From Bacilli bacterium (GTDB lineage: Bacteria; Bacillota_I; Bacilli_A; RFN20; CAG-826): 64,000 nt of DNA. Below, piece after piece: positions 46,021-55,950 of this stretch. Each line of letters begins with the position of its first letter. Within the stretch, counting starts at the first letter, position 1. The DNA is taken from assembly GCA_024687185.1 (NCBI GenBank), contig JAILEX010000062.1, forward strand, positions 220-64,219, read 5' to 3'. Under the pieces are notes generated by a model, which saw only the letters and a list, made by a program, of their open reading frames with translations, was not told the DNA's origin and searched no databases. The position numbers and the translations under genes were made by a program.

Positions 46021-47910
46021 CTAGATAAGTCCATTGACGCCGGCAAGGACAAAGAATACGCTTGCGGCGATATCGACTGTGAGGAAGAGGACGAAGGTGA
46101 TGTAGCGCCAACCGGCCTTCCTTTCGCGGAAGATAAGAACCGTCAGGATCCCCATCGTCCAAGAGGTGATGAATAGAGGTAAACTCCAAATGGAAAGCAT
46201 CGGGAAGGTGGCGGGCATGATCCAGTAGATGAGCGGCGCCACGCCGATGAGGGTGGCAAGGAACATGAGGAAACGGCGATATTTCGCACTCCCCCATTCG
46301 TCTCTGCTTAACCAGGCTAAGCCAGTCCAGACAAGGGCGAAATAGATAAGCAGCATCGGAACGATATATAGGACGTTGTTGGCGAGTTCCTCGACTTTGT
46401 ATAGCTTCATCACAAAGATGCCGACTCCGCCCACGACGATCGGAAGCACGAGGGCGAAGAACCAGAACAGGAAGAGTTTGAATTTGCTCCAGGCCTTGAC
46501 GTTTTGGTTGGCAAGGGGCTTGCCGACCGGGGGCAAATAGCTGTTTTTGTCTTCGCCAAAGGCCAAACGGACGTTCTCGTCCGCGCTTTTGATCTTCACG
46601 CGGTGTGCCTTCGGACTGAGCATTAGGCTTAGGCGCAATGCGTCGAAGCGTTTGCGCAAGGAGGCATCGATATGGAAGTTGAGGTAATTGAGGGAGGGGG
46701 CCATCTTCTCGAAGTCGCCGGCCCTATTCTTCTTCATGAGTTCGTCAAAGACGATCGATTCCTTTTCGGGATCGATGCCGAGTTTGTCGCATTCCTCGAG
46801 GAACTTGAGCATCTTAACGAAGTCAAAGCCCTTGGTGGCGGCTAGCGCGACATTGAATTTCGCCGCGTCTAATAGCGGCATGGAGACGAGGTGGCACAAA
46901 ACCTCGAAAGACAGGGTGTCCCCCGCGCTGGCCTTTTGGCCAAGGATCAAAACCCAATCGCGGTAGGCGACGGGATCCTTCTTCAGCGCATTGGCTTGGG
47001 CGAAGGCGAAATAGAATTCCTTCTCCTCGCGGTTTTCCTTATAGGCATAATGCTCGATATCCTCTTCTAGTAGCACATCCCGACCTAGGAAGACCTCTAG
47101 TGCCTTATCGTAATTGGGCTCGTTTTCGAAATATTCGTAGCTGAGCCTATTGAACATCTTGGTATAGACATCGATTAGGATCTTGGCCCTAGCCAAGGTC
47201 AAAGAGGAACGCCTTTCCTTGTTGTTTTCATGTAGCAACACCGCTTCGCGGAGTTCGCGGAAACTCTCAAGAGAAGGCGCATCTATGTTGGATTTCCTAT
47301 AGGCGAGGCAATAGCGAAGGCCAAAGGCCTCATCGATATAGGCGTCCTTCAAGGCATCGGGATTGGCGATGGTGGTAAGGCTCGTCGCCAATTCGCGGAA
47401 GGCGTTAAGCTGTTCCTTATCCATGGGCAACTCGCCCTTAGCGATGTTTTTCTCACCCTTATGGGTAAGAAGGGCACAGGTTTCATAGCCCAACATCTCC
47501 TTTAGCAAGGTCGCAAAGGCAGTATGGGCGAACTTCTCGTCCTCGATGAGGGGCTTAAGTTCGTTTAAGCAGACCAAGGCATCGTCATAGGCTTCCTTTT
47601 TGTTAAGCTCGTTGACCTTCCTTAGGACTTCCCTGGCCTTATTTAAGGCCTTTTGGAAATCGCCGATCAAAAGCTCGGAGTTCACATAGAGCTCCTTGGC
47701 CTTTTTCATCTTCTCTAGCGGTGCCTCAAGGCGTTCCAAATTGGAATCGACGCGGCCAAGCGCTTCGGTGGAAAGGGGGAATCTGGGGCTGAAATCAAGG
47801 GTAAAGGCCTCGATTTCCTCGAGCTCGGACTGCTTTTTGGAAATCTCTTCGTTAAGGAGGCGGTTTTCTTCTTCGAGTTCGTCGATGCGACGTTGGAGTT
47901 CTTCGGTCAT
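46021..47910 (-). CDS. Uncharacterised protein with an N-terminal coiled coil, an ~400-aa helical-repeat region, and a C-terminal 4-TM domain
   Basis: 629 aa. MTEELQRRIDELEEENRLLNEEISKKQSELEE..., and a C-terminal WSKFKLFLFWFFALVLPIVVGG... It is the last gene of a 3-gene operon with 2-nt intergenic gaps. Confidence 0.5.
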   Translation of the reverse strand: MTEELQRRIDELEEENRLLNEEISKKQSELEEIEAFTLDFSPRFPLSTEALGRVDSNLERLEAPLEKMKKAKELYVNSELLIGDFQKALNKAREVLRKVNELNKKEAYDDALVCLNELKPLIEDEKFAHTAFATLLKEMLGYETCALLTHKGEKNIAKGELPMDKEQLNAFRELATSLTTIANPDALKDAYIDEAFGLRYCLAYRKSNIDAPSLESFRELREAVLLHENNKERRSSLTLARAKILIDVYTKMFNRLSYEYFENEPNYDKALEVFLGRDVLLEEDIEHYAYKENREEKEFYFAFAQANALKKDPVAYRDWVLILGQKASAGDTLSFEVLCHLVSMPLLDAAKFNVALAATKGFDFVKMLKFLEECDKLGIDPEKESIVFDELMKKNRAGDFEKMAPSLNYLNFHIDASLRKRFDALRLSLMLSPKAHRVKIKSADENVRLAFGEDKNSYLPPVGKPLANQNVKAWSKFKLFLFWFFALVLPIVVGGVGIFVMKLYKVEELANNVLYIVPMLLIYFALVWTGLAWLSRDEWGSAKYRRFLMFLATLIGVAPLIYWIMPATFPMLSIWSLPLFITSWTMGILTVLIFRERKAGWRYITFVLFLTVDIAASVFFVLAGVNGLI

Positions 47911-47911
47911 C

Positions 47912-48529
47912 TTACTTTACCTCCTTCCCCTTGAGGATCACCTTCTCAAGCTGGTTTTCAAAGTAGGCGTCGTTGATCTTGCCAACGCCTTCGGTGAAAT
48001 CGTCCTGCACGCCCGCGAGGCTATTGGCGATGGTGACGCAGGATTCGTTCATGTTGCGAATCGCCTTGATGAAATCGTCATAAAGCTCATCGACCTTCTT
48101 ACGCCTTGCGGCGGTTTTCCTAGCCTCGATGGCATCTATTTTGGCGCGGGCTTCCGCGTTTCTTTCCTCGAGTTCGGCGATTTTTTCCTCTAATTCCTCG
48201 GGACTTGTGATGATTCTTGATTCGGTGAATTCATCGTCGTCCATCTCCTCGGGGGTGGCCTCTACGATTGGGCCTTCGTCATCGATGTCGTCGATCGGGG
48301 TTTCTTTATCGGCTTCTTCTTCGACGGGAACCTCTTCTACCGCTTCCACTTCGACGGGAGCCTCCTCAGGGGCGGCTTCCGTAACGGGAGTTTCCTCGAT
48401 AACCTCTTCTTCGACCGGGGCTTCTTCCACCACTTTATCCTCGGAATCGGCGTATTCCACTTTGACTTCCACTTTGACTCCGTCAGGGGCATGGACCTTG
48501 ACTTCTGGGATGCTAGTTTTCTCTTCCAT
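47912..48529 (-). CDS. Uncharacterised hyper-acidic protein with a C-terminal coiled coil
   Basis: 205 aa. About 45% of the first 110 residues are D/E, with a PVEEE-type periodicity. The C-terminal segment is EELEEKIAELEERNAEARAKIDAIEARKTAARRKKVDELYDDFIKA. Confidence 0.45.
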   Translation of the reverse strand: MEEKTSIPEVKVHAPDGVKVEVKVEYADSEDKVVEEAPVEEEVIEETPVTEAAPEEAPVEVEAVEEVPVEEEADKETPIDDIDDEGPIVEATPEEMDDDEFTESRIITSPEELEEKIAELEERNAEARAKIDAIEARKTAARRKKVDELYDDFIKAIRNMNESCVTIANSLAGVQDDFTEGVGKINDAYFENQLEKVILKGKEVK

Positions 48530-48531
48530 GG

Positions 48532-48810
48532 TTACTTCCTCACTCCGAATTGCGTATAGGCAACTAGAAGCGCCTCGGCGGCTTTCCTATCCGCCTCACG
48601 GGCGACGAAAGCGGCCTTTTCCTCGGCTTCTTTGTAGGCTTCTTCGGCCACTTCTTCGGCATTGGCGATCGTCGCTTCCTGGCAAGCGCGATACTGGTCG
48701 ATAGGCTCGGTTAAAGCGGCATCGGCTGTTGCGTTTAGATTCTCAGCCCTTTTGATATAGCGCTCCTTGGCTTTTACTAACGGCGTGTTTTTTTCTTCCA
48801 TGTCGTTCAA
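48532..48810 (-). CDS. Uncharacterised 92-aa helical protein, first gene of the operon
   Basis: A GGAGGTTTGAAC RBS precedes it. It is predicted all-alpha (EEAYKEAEEKAAFVAREADRKAAEALL). Confidence 0.4.
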   Translation of the reverse strand: MNDMEEKNTPLVKAKERYIKRAENLNATADAALTEPIDQYRACQEATIANAEEVAEEAYKEAEEKAAFVAREADRKAAEALLVAYTQFGVRK

Positions 48811-48919
48811 ACCTCCATGCAGGTTTAAAAATGTTTAATACATTTTCCCTTATGCGTGTCGATTTGTCTAGTACGCGAGTGCGTTATGTACGCGGAAAAA
48901 TGCGAAATCAAACGGTAGG

Positions 48920-49303
48920 TTAAGCTTCGTTTTTGTGGTTGTCCTTAAACCACGCGACGTTATAGGGATCGATGTCGTTTATGCGCATGCCGACTATGTC
49001 GCGGACGCCCACTTCCTGGAATATCCCAAGCATCACAAAGGGGTAATAGATGAAGCCTGGGCTAAGCATGCGGTTTTCGAGGAGCTCCTCGTCTTGGTTG
49101 AGCCTTTTTAGGGCCGAATAAAGGGAGAAAACCTTCCTCATCTTTGCGTCCATCGTTTTGTTTTCGATTAGGTATTTCCTAATGGTTTCGACCGTATCCT
49201 CCATGTGGGAGGCGAAATCCTTGCGGAGAAAATGCTGCTCGATCTCATCCTTCTGCTCGTCGGTCAAATACTGTTTTTCTGCTTGTTCTAAAAAGTCTTC
49301 CAT
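48920..49303 (-). CDS. Hypothetical 127-aa protein
   Basis: No recognisable motif. It lies upstream of, and separated from, the 3-gene operon. Confidence 0.4.
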   Translation of the reverse strand: MEDFLEQAEKQYLTDEQKDEIEQHFLRKDFASHMEDTVETIRKYLIENKTMDAKMRKVFSLYSALKRLNQDEELLENRMLSPGFIYYPFVMLGIFQEVGVRDIVGMRINDIDPYNVAWFKDNHKNEA

Positions 49304-49345
49304 ACACTAAAATTGTAGCGCCAACAAAAAGAAAGGTGCACCCCC

Positions 49346-49987
49346 ATGAAAAAGGAAATCGATCCCAAAATCCTAGCCAAGATCACATCGGGAGAACTCT
49401 ATGACTCGAACATGCCCGAGCTTATGGCGCTTCAGGAAGAATACAAAATGCCGATTTATGAATATAACACCACCTTCGGAGATCCAAAGGGTATGAAAAG
49501 AAGGAAGGAAATCCTGAAGGAACTATTCCCCGAAAACGGCGATACCGCCTTCATTGAAGCGCCCTTCCATGCCAATTGGGGTTGCACGAGGATGAAGATA
49601 GGCAAGAACTTCTACGCCAACTTCAACCTGGTCCTAAATGACGATGGCCCCATCACCATCGGGGATAACGTCATGATCGGTCCCAACGTTACTCTTGTCA
49701 CGGCTTGCCATCCCCTTCATCCAACCATCAGGAAAGGCGGGATCCAGTTCAACGAATACATCAATATCGGAAACTCTTGTTGGATCGGCGCGGGCGTCAT
49801 CATCATGCCTAGCGTCACTATCGGAAATAACTGCGTAATCGGCGCGGGCAGCATCGTCACAAAGGACATTCCCGACAACTCCTTGGCCTATGGGTCGCCC
49901 GCCAAAGTGGTAAGAAAAATAGGGGAAGAAGACTTATTAACCTATAGGCATGGAAAGAAAATTCCCGCGGATTTTCAGCCTAAATAA
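49346..49987 (+). CDS. maa: Maltose/galactoside O-acetyltransferase (hexapeptide-repeat family)
   Basis: Left-handed beta-helix repeats (IGDNVMIGPNVTL, IGNSCWIGAGVII, IGNNCVIGAGSIV) and the N-terminal Mac domain. Confidence 0.8.
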   Translation: MKKEIDPKILAKITSGELYDSNMPELMALQEEYKMPIYEYNTTFGDPKGMKRRKEILKELFPENGDTAFIEAPFHANWGCTRMKIGKNFYANFNLVLNDDGPITIGDNVMIGPNVTLVTACHPLHPTIRKGGIQFNEYINIGNSCWIGAGVIIMPSVTIGNNCVIGAGSIVTKDIPDNSLAYGSPAKVVRKIGEEDLLTYRHGKKIPADFQPK

Positions 49988-50015
49988 GCGGGAATTGCAA
50001 TGTTTTTAAAGGATT

Positions 50016-50636
50016 TCAGTACTTAAGAAGGTCTTGGAATTGAACGATGGTCGCATCGGGGTTTTGGCATTTTCCAAACCCATATTCGGCATAGATGAAA
50101 TAGCATCCGGCCTTCTTGGCTTCGACTTCGTCCCCGAGGGTATCGCCGACGTAGCAGGCGCTTTCCAAACCGTATTTTTCCATTAGTTTTCTGATGGTGA
50201 AGGACTTCTCGCGCTTGGTGTCGCCATAGCAAAGGAAGCCTTCGAAAAGATCCTTCCCATAGTGGTGGACGAAGTTATCGATATACCCGTTTTGGCAGTT
50301 GCTTACGATGAATAGCCTCGCGCCCCTGTCCTTTAGTTTGCGCAGGGTCTCCTCCACTTTTGGGAAGAGCTTTCCAGGATGAAGGGACAAATAATCGTTT
50401 TCGTGGGCAAACGCCCTTTCCCCGAAGGCGAGCTTCTCCTGCTCGCTATATTCCTTTGGGGCGATGGCTAAGGCAATATCGCGCATAGGAAGGCCCATTA
50501 ACGAAGCGGTCATTTCGTTATCGATATGAGTAACGCCGGTTTCCTTTAGTTCCACTTCCCGCCAGGCCTTGGTCACTTCTTCCCTAGAGTCCCAGAGGGT
50601 TCCATCCAAATCAAAGATAAAAGCAGTTTGTCGCAT
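50016..50636 (-). CDS. HAD-superfamily hydrolase (phosphoglycolate phosphatase-like, subfamily IA)
   Basis: Motif I FIFDLDGTLWDS, motif II VSNC, motif III/IV K...YVGDTLGD. Confidence 0.7.
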   Translation of the reverse strand: MRQTAFIFDLDGTLWDSREEVTKAWREVELKETGVTHIDNEMTASLMGLPMRDIALAIAPKEYSEQEKLAFGERAFAHENDYLSLHPGKLFPKVEETLRKLKDRGARLFIVSNCQNGYIDNFVHHYGKDLFEGFLCYGDTKREKSFTIRKLMEKYGLESACYVGDTLGDEVEAKKAGCYFIYAEYGFGKCQNPDATIVQFQDLLKY

Positions 50637-50722
50637 GGAAAGATTATAGTAAGGGGAAAGGGCGATAAGAAGAAAAATCGCCCCCGTCTGGAAGCGATTT
50701 AATTCATAAGGATAAGGCTACC

Positions 50723-51223
50723 TTATTTGGCTAGTTCGGCCTTGATGTCCCCTTCCAAGGACTCGGGTTTGGTGGTAGGGCCAAACATCTTGACGAACTC
50801 ACCTTCTTTGTTAATGAGGTATTTGCAGAAGTTCCAGCTGGGTTTCTTGCCCTTCTCGGAACCGTTTTTCTGCTCGACAAGCCAGGCGAAGATAGGGGCT
50901 TGGTTCTTCCCTTTCACGTCGATTTTCTTGTAACGGGGGAAGGTCGTGTTGTATTTAAGGGTGCAGAATTCGTGGATCTGCTCATCGCTTCCCGGGGCTT
51001 GGCCAAAGAATTGGTTGCAGGGGAAATCGAGGATTTCGAAACCCTGTTCGCGGTATTCCTTATATAGCTTCTCCAAACCCTCGTATTGCGGGGTGAAGCC
51101 GCATCCGGTCGCGGTGTTGACGATGAGAAGGACCTTGCCTTTGTATTCTTCAAGGGTAACCTCTTCGCCTTTGGTATTGGTTACTTTGATATCGTAAATT
51201 GCCATATTTGCTCTTCCTTTCAA
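50723..51223 (-). CDS. Glutathione peroxidase (Cys-type)
   Basis: LLIVNTATGCGFTPQYEGL, the WNF motif WNFCKYLI, and FPCNQFFGQ. Confidence 0.85.
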   Translation of the reverse strand: MKGRANMAIYDIKVTNTKGEEVTLEEYKGKVLLIVNTATGCGFTPQYEGLEKLYKEYREQGFEILDFPCNQFFGQAPGSDEQIHEFCTLKYNTTFPRYKKIDVKGKNQAPIFAWLVEQKNGSEKGKKPSWNFCKYLINKEGEFVKMFGPTTKPESLEGDIKAELAK

Positions 51224-51294
51224 AACGTAAGCCCTTTTGTTAGGCTGCCTTAATTCTATGGGCTAGGAATAGGGATGCAAGCGATTTGCTTTCC

Positions 51295-51987
51295 TTATTT
51301 TTTGAAGGATTCGGCCAAGACTTCCTCGGTGAAGTTCTCCTGTTGGACCTGATAGACGCTAGAGGGGTTATCGTAGCATTCGATTTCCTGACGGAAGATG
51401 GAGGTAAGGATATCGATGGCCCTATTCTCCACGCCGTCATTATTGACGATCAAATCGGCGTATTGGATGGAGGGGGAGACGATTTCGCCATACATCGGGG
51501 CGACCGTGGTGAAATATTGTTCCACGATCGATTCGAAGCTACGGCCACGTTCCTTCCTATCGCGGATGATACGGCGGAGGAACCTACGTTCGTAGGAGGC
51601 TTGGATGAAGATCTTGATATCGCCTAGGTCACGGAGTTCCTTATCGACTAGGGCCATTAACCCTTCCAAAACGATAACCTTTGTCGGTTTGACGATCTCG
51701 GTTTCCTTTTTGCGGTTATGGACCACGAAATCATACATCGGCTTCTCGATAGCCTTGCCGTTTTTCAAATCGCGGACCTGTTGCCTCATAAGCTTCCAAT
51801 CGAAGGCTTTGGGGTGGTCGTAGTTCAGCGACGCCCTTTCTTCCATCGTCAGATTGGAATGGTCATGGTAATAGTCATCGAGGCTTATGCGGGTGATGTC
51901 GGGGGAATTGAGCTTAGAAAGAACCTCGGAAGTGACGTAGGTTTTGCCAGAGGAGCTACCGCCGGCGACGAGAATGATTCTAGACAT
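51295..51987 (-). CDS. udk: Uridine kinase
   Basis: P-loop VAGGSSSGKTYV, SLDDYYHDHS, and DIKIFIQASYERRFLRRIIRD. Confidence 0.85.
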   Translation of the reverse strand: MSRIILVAGGSSSGKTYVTSEVLSKLNSPDITRISLDDYYHDHSNLTMEERASLNYDHPKAFDWKLMRQQVRDLKNGKAIEKPMYDFVVHNRKKETEIVKPTKVIVLEGLMALVDKELRDLGDIKIFIQASYERRFLRRIIRDRKERGRSFESIVEQYFTTVAPMYGEIVSPSIQYADLIVNNDGVENRAIDILTSIFRQEIECYDNPSSVYQVQQENFTEEVLAESFKK

Positions 51988-52005
51988 GGTCTTTCGCCTC
52001 CAAAT

Positions 52006-53298
52006 TTATTTTACTTCAACGCCTTCGCGTTCATAACGGATCGAGGATTCAAAGAATTCCCTAATAAACCGATGCATGGCATCGATATCCTTCACGCCCA
52101 TCGTCTCATAGGAGGAATGCATGGCGAGTTGGGCCAAGCCGATGTCGGCGGTGGGGATGGAAAGCTGGGTCATCGAAATGTTGCCTAGGGTTCCCCCTCC
52201 CCTGATGTCGGGGCGGTTAGAGAAGGTCTGCACAGGGACGTCGGCCTTCTTCGCGACTAGCCTAACGACGCTACTGGAGATGGCGTCGGTCGTGTAATGG
52301 AGGGCGGCGTTATATTTCAAGACGATGCCGCCGTTTAGCTTTACGTCGCATGTGCGTTCGAATGTGCCGGGATAATTTGGGTGCCTGGCGTGGGCGTTAT
52401 CGACGGAAAGCATGAAGCTATTCGCCGCCTCTTCCTCGAATTCTCTTCCTAGGCAAGCCATTACCCTAGATAGAACGACGCGGAGGAAATCGCTTCCCGC
52501 GCCCTGATAGGAGAAACTGCCCACCTCTTCGTTATCGAAGATGGCGCATATTGGTAAAGAGGATAAAGAAGAAGCCTCAGAAATCGCTAATACGCTAGTG
52601 AAGGCTGAGGTGAGGTTATCTAATCTTGCAGAGCAAAGGTATTCCTTATCCTTTCCCACTAGGCTAGAGGGGACTCTAGAATAGAGGAATAGGTCTTCGT
52701 CTACGATGCTCTCCCCTTCCTTTAGATCGGCCTTGCCTTCCAAATAGGATTTCCAGTCAAAGGAATCGTCCGCGCTGCCAAATAGGGGGATGATTTCGCT
52801 ATCGGGGCTATAGGCGTGGCCGTCGTTGATATCGCGGGAGAAATGGATGCAGAGATTGGGGATGACGGCCAAATCCTCATCGATGTCGAAGAGGATCGGG
52901 CGGATATTGCCATCTTTCTCGGCGATTACCCTGCCTGCGAAGGATAAGGGACGGTCAAACCAAGTGGAGATGATCATGCCACCATATTTCTCAACCCTGA
53001 TTCCTAGTTCGCCAGATTGGTTCACCACGGGGTTATGTTTTATCTTGAATGTCGGGGAATCGCTATGGCTCGCGGCGATATGGACGCCTTTCCAAGAGGA
53101 AGAAGGGACGATGAAGGCGATTAGGGAGGAGCCGTTTCTATTCACGTAGTACTTCTTCCCTTCCTCTAACTTCCATTCCTCCGCTTCATATAGCGGCGAA
53201 AAGCCGGCCTCAAGCAGCACCTTCTCCGCTTGGGCGATTGCATGGTAGCAAGAATGAGAGGCGTCTAGACAACGCCTGACCGATTCCAAAACACTCAT
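52006..53298 (-). CDS. M18-family aminopeptidase
   Basis: IAASHSDSPTFKIK (the HTDSP-type motif), a di-zinc aminopeptidase fold, 430 aa. Confidence 0.7.
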   Translation of the reverse strand: MSVLESVRRCLDASHSCYHAIAQAEKVLLEAGFSPLYEAEEWKLEEGKKYYVNRNGSSLIAFIVPSSSWKGVHIAASHSDSPTFKIKHNPVVNQSGELGIRVEKYGGMIISTWFDRPLSFAGRVIAEKDGNIRPILFDIDEDLAVIPNLCIHFSRDINDGHAYSPDSEIIPLFGSADDSFDWKSYLEGKADLKEGESIVDEDLFLYSRVPSSLVGKDKEYLCSARLDNLTSAFTSVLAISEASSLSSLPICAIFDNEEVGSFSYQGAGSDFLRVVLSRVMACLGREFEEEAANSFMLSVDNAHARHPNYPGTFERTCDVKLNGGIVLKYNAALHYTTDAISSSVVRLVAKKADVPVQTFSNRPDIRGGGTLGNISMTQLSIPTADIGLAQLAMHSSYETMGVKDIDAMHRFIREFFESSIRYEREGVEVK

Positions 53299-53373
53299 AG
53301 GGTCAAACCCTCCATTTCCTAATCATGATACTAGTATCCGCATTTTTCTCAATCCTATTTCATAGGAAAAGGA

Positions 53374-55950
53374 CTATTCGACGGACTTGAGGCTTTCGAC
53401 CATCAATACCTTCTTCGTCCTATTGGCGAGGTAGATATTGATCAAAACCGCCACGACGAAAGTAAGTAGGAAAGAGAGGAAATAGGATAGTGGCGCGACA
53501 AAATAGGGATAGGAAACCACTTCGACCTGATTGATATATAGAACTAGATATAGGAAGGGCCACCCGGCGGCTAGTCCAAGTATGACCCCGAATAAGGTAA
53601 GCGACATCGTTTCAAGCAGTAATGGACCAGCCATCTCAATACGGGTGAAGCCCAATACCTTCATGGTCGCAATATCCCTGCTCCTTTGCCTAAAGTTGAG
53701 CAAGGAGATGTTATATAGGACGACTATGGCAAGCAAAATGGCGAATATCTTGATGGCCTGGGTCATCGCGGAAACGCTGGAAAGGATGTCCTGAAGCTGG
53801 GCTTTATAATCATCGGCCCCGTTGACGCTAACGAGGTAGCTGATCTTTTCCTTTAGTTCCTTCTTGGCCCTAGAGACATCGCTTCCTTCCTTTAGATCCG
53901 CCAAAAAGGAGCTATAGGAAGTGGGCACGTCGTCTTTTAAAATGGGAGAAGAGGCATGGACATAGACGCCGTTGGAAAAGAAGATGTCGCGGATCACCCC
54001 GACTTTGGCCTCTATGGTCGCGCCTTTTCTGACAAAGGAAATCGTATCGCCTACCTTGGCCCCGATCCTATCGGCCACCTTCTTCGTCAATAAGACCTCG
54101 TCTAGGTTCCATGAGAATTCCAAAAAAGTCTCTTCGTTAGATTCCCCATTCCTTATAACGGGCGAATAAATAAGAAGAGAAGAAGACATCTCTTTGCTTC
54201 CAAGGCGGATCGTCGAATCGGTTTTGGAGGTCCCTTCCACCCCGTTTAATTCATCTCCGATAACGCTTTTTAGATCCGAGATGAACTTATTGGTTTCGAT
54301 GTTTGCGGCGCAGGTCAAAGTGAATTCGGCATTGGAAGTGATAAGAGGATCGTCGACGATTCCCTTGTTGATGGTATCGTCAATGCCAAAGCCACAGCAA
54401 AGCAAGGCGGTACAGCCTGCGACGCCTAAGACGACCATGATGCTCTTCAAGGGGTCGACCAAGATGTTTCTTCTTGACATTACAAAGGAGAAATCCCTGC
54501 GTTTTTTGGATTTCTTTATCGTTTTTGAAGAATTTTTGGCGAAGTTTTGAACGGCGGGCCTCATCGATTGGACCGGCAAAAGGCTCGTCTCCTTCCTACA
54601 GGTTATAAAGGTGACGACATTGGCCAAAACAAGGAATACGATTGCCGTCAATATACCTGGGAGGATTGGGAAGAGGTATGAAAGCTTTGGAAGGTTATAG
54701 AGGATATGGTATTTGTTATCGAGGATCATCGGGATGATGATTGGCCCAAGGATCTCCCCTATTAATATCCCTAGCCCCACGACCGTGGTCGTAATGACCC
54801 CATAGTAGACCTGGATCTTCCTTTTGCCGACGCCCATCGCCTTCAAAGTGCCGATATTGATCCTATCCTTTAATATCAATTGGCTCATCGTCGTCAAAAT
54901 GACCAAGATGGCCACGATGAAGAAGACAAACGGGAAGACGAAGGTGAGTTGCCTCGCTTGGGTGACATCGGTCTCCATGACGGTGGCGAAAGAGGTCTCC
55001 TCCTTCTTTTGCAGAAGCAATAGGTTCTTATCCTCTTCCGATTTGGATTTGAAATAAGCGTCGATGCTTTCGTTTATGGCGTCGATATCGCTACCCTTGT
55101 TTCCCTTAATGAGGAACTGGTTGGAGATAGGGAACATGCTTGGATCGTCGTTATCCTTCCATCCAAGGGGGCTGGCGGCGATTTTAGCCAAGATAAGCGA
55201 TACCCCGATGTTATTGAAATATTGCTTAAGGCAATTTTTGAACGCGGTTTTGAAGGCGGAGGAGGAAAGGAGGAAAAGCGATACCGAATAGGAGGCCCGC
55301 AATACGTTTTCGGGATGATCCATGACCCCGGTCACGGGGATTTTCAAATCGATGATGCCGGTGGATAAGGGCGTATCTTCCAGTTTCACGCCGCTTTTTA
55401 AGAATAGCGACATGGCCGATATGGAACCCGCGGTATTCCCGATTTCGTCCATATAGGCAGTCAAATCGAATTCGACGGTGGCGATATCCCCAACCGCCAT
55501 CCTTGTTTCGCTAGGCACGCTAGGATCCCTAGAGAGAATGGAATCGATATAGAGGAAATCCTCCTCTTCGTTAGAGGAAAGGATATTCGAGGGCCTAGAA
55601 ATAGTAGGGAGGGTAGGCGAAATCGCGCAATAGCAATTGTAGGTATTTACTTTGGCGTAGCCATAAAAACGGGAGGACACATCCCCCTTCTCGCCTACGA
55701 TTTCCCTTATTTTCGCTTCATCCCCCTGTTGGCCTTTTATGGGGTTGACCGTCACATAGCTATCGGCGAGGTTACCGGCTTCATAAGTCGAGTTGACCCT
55801 GCTTGCCAAACTATCGGCATTGGCCTGTAGCCCCACGAAAAGGGTGACGGCGATGGCCCCAATCGCAATGATGGCGAGAAACTGTTTCCACAAGGAAAAA
55901 ATTGACCTGATGGCCTGTTTGAATAGAAAAAAGGAAGTCGACTTCTTCAC
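53374..55950 (-). CDS. ABC transporter permease with two FtsX domains and large extracytoplasmic loops
   Basis: 858 aa with two 4-TM FtsX modules (at the N-terminal half end and at the C-terminus). It overlaps the ATPase gene by 4 nt. Confidence 0.7.
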   Translation of the reverse strand: MKKSTSFFLFKQAIRSIFSLWKQFLAIIAIGAIAVTLFVGLQANADSLASRVNSTYEAGNLADSYVTVNPIKGQQGDEAKIREIVGEKGDVSSRFYGYAKVNTYNCYCAISPTLPTISRPSNILSSNEEEDFLYIDSILSRDPSVPSETRMAVGDIATVEFDLTAYMDEIGNTAGSISAMSLFLKSGVKLEDTPLSTGIIDLKIPVTGVMDHPENVLRASYSVSLFLLSSSAFKTAFKNCLKQYFNNIGVSLILAKIAASPLGWKDNDDPSMFPISNQFLIKGNKGSDIDAINESIDAYFKSKSEEDKNLLLLQKKEETSFATVMETDVTQARQLTFVFPFVFFIVAILVILTTMSQLILKDRINIGTLKAMGVGKRKIQVYYGVITTTVVGLGILIGEILGPIIIPMILDNKYHILYNLPKLSYLFPILPGILTAIVFLVLANVVTFITCRKETSLLPVQSMRPAVQNFAKNSSKTIKKSKKRRDFSFVMSRRNILVDPLKSIMVVLGVAGCTALLCCGFGIDDTINKGIVDDPLITSNAEFTLTCAANIETNKFISDLKSVIGDELNGVEGTSKTDSTIRLGSKEMSSSLLIYSPVIRNGESNEETFLEFSWNLDEVLLTKKVADRIGAKVGDTISFVRKGATIEAKVGVIRDIFFSNGVYVHASSPILKDDVPTSYSSFLADLKEGSDVSRAKKELKEKISYLVSVNGADDYKAQLQDILSSVSAMTQAIKIFAILLAIVVLYNISLLNFRQRSRDIATMKVLGFTRIEMAGPLLLETMSLTLFGVILGLAAGWPFLYLVLYINQVEVVSYPYFVAPLSYFLSFLLTFVVAVLINIYLANRTKKVLMVESLKSVE

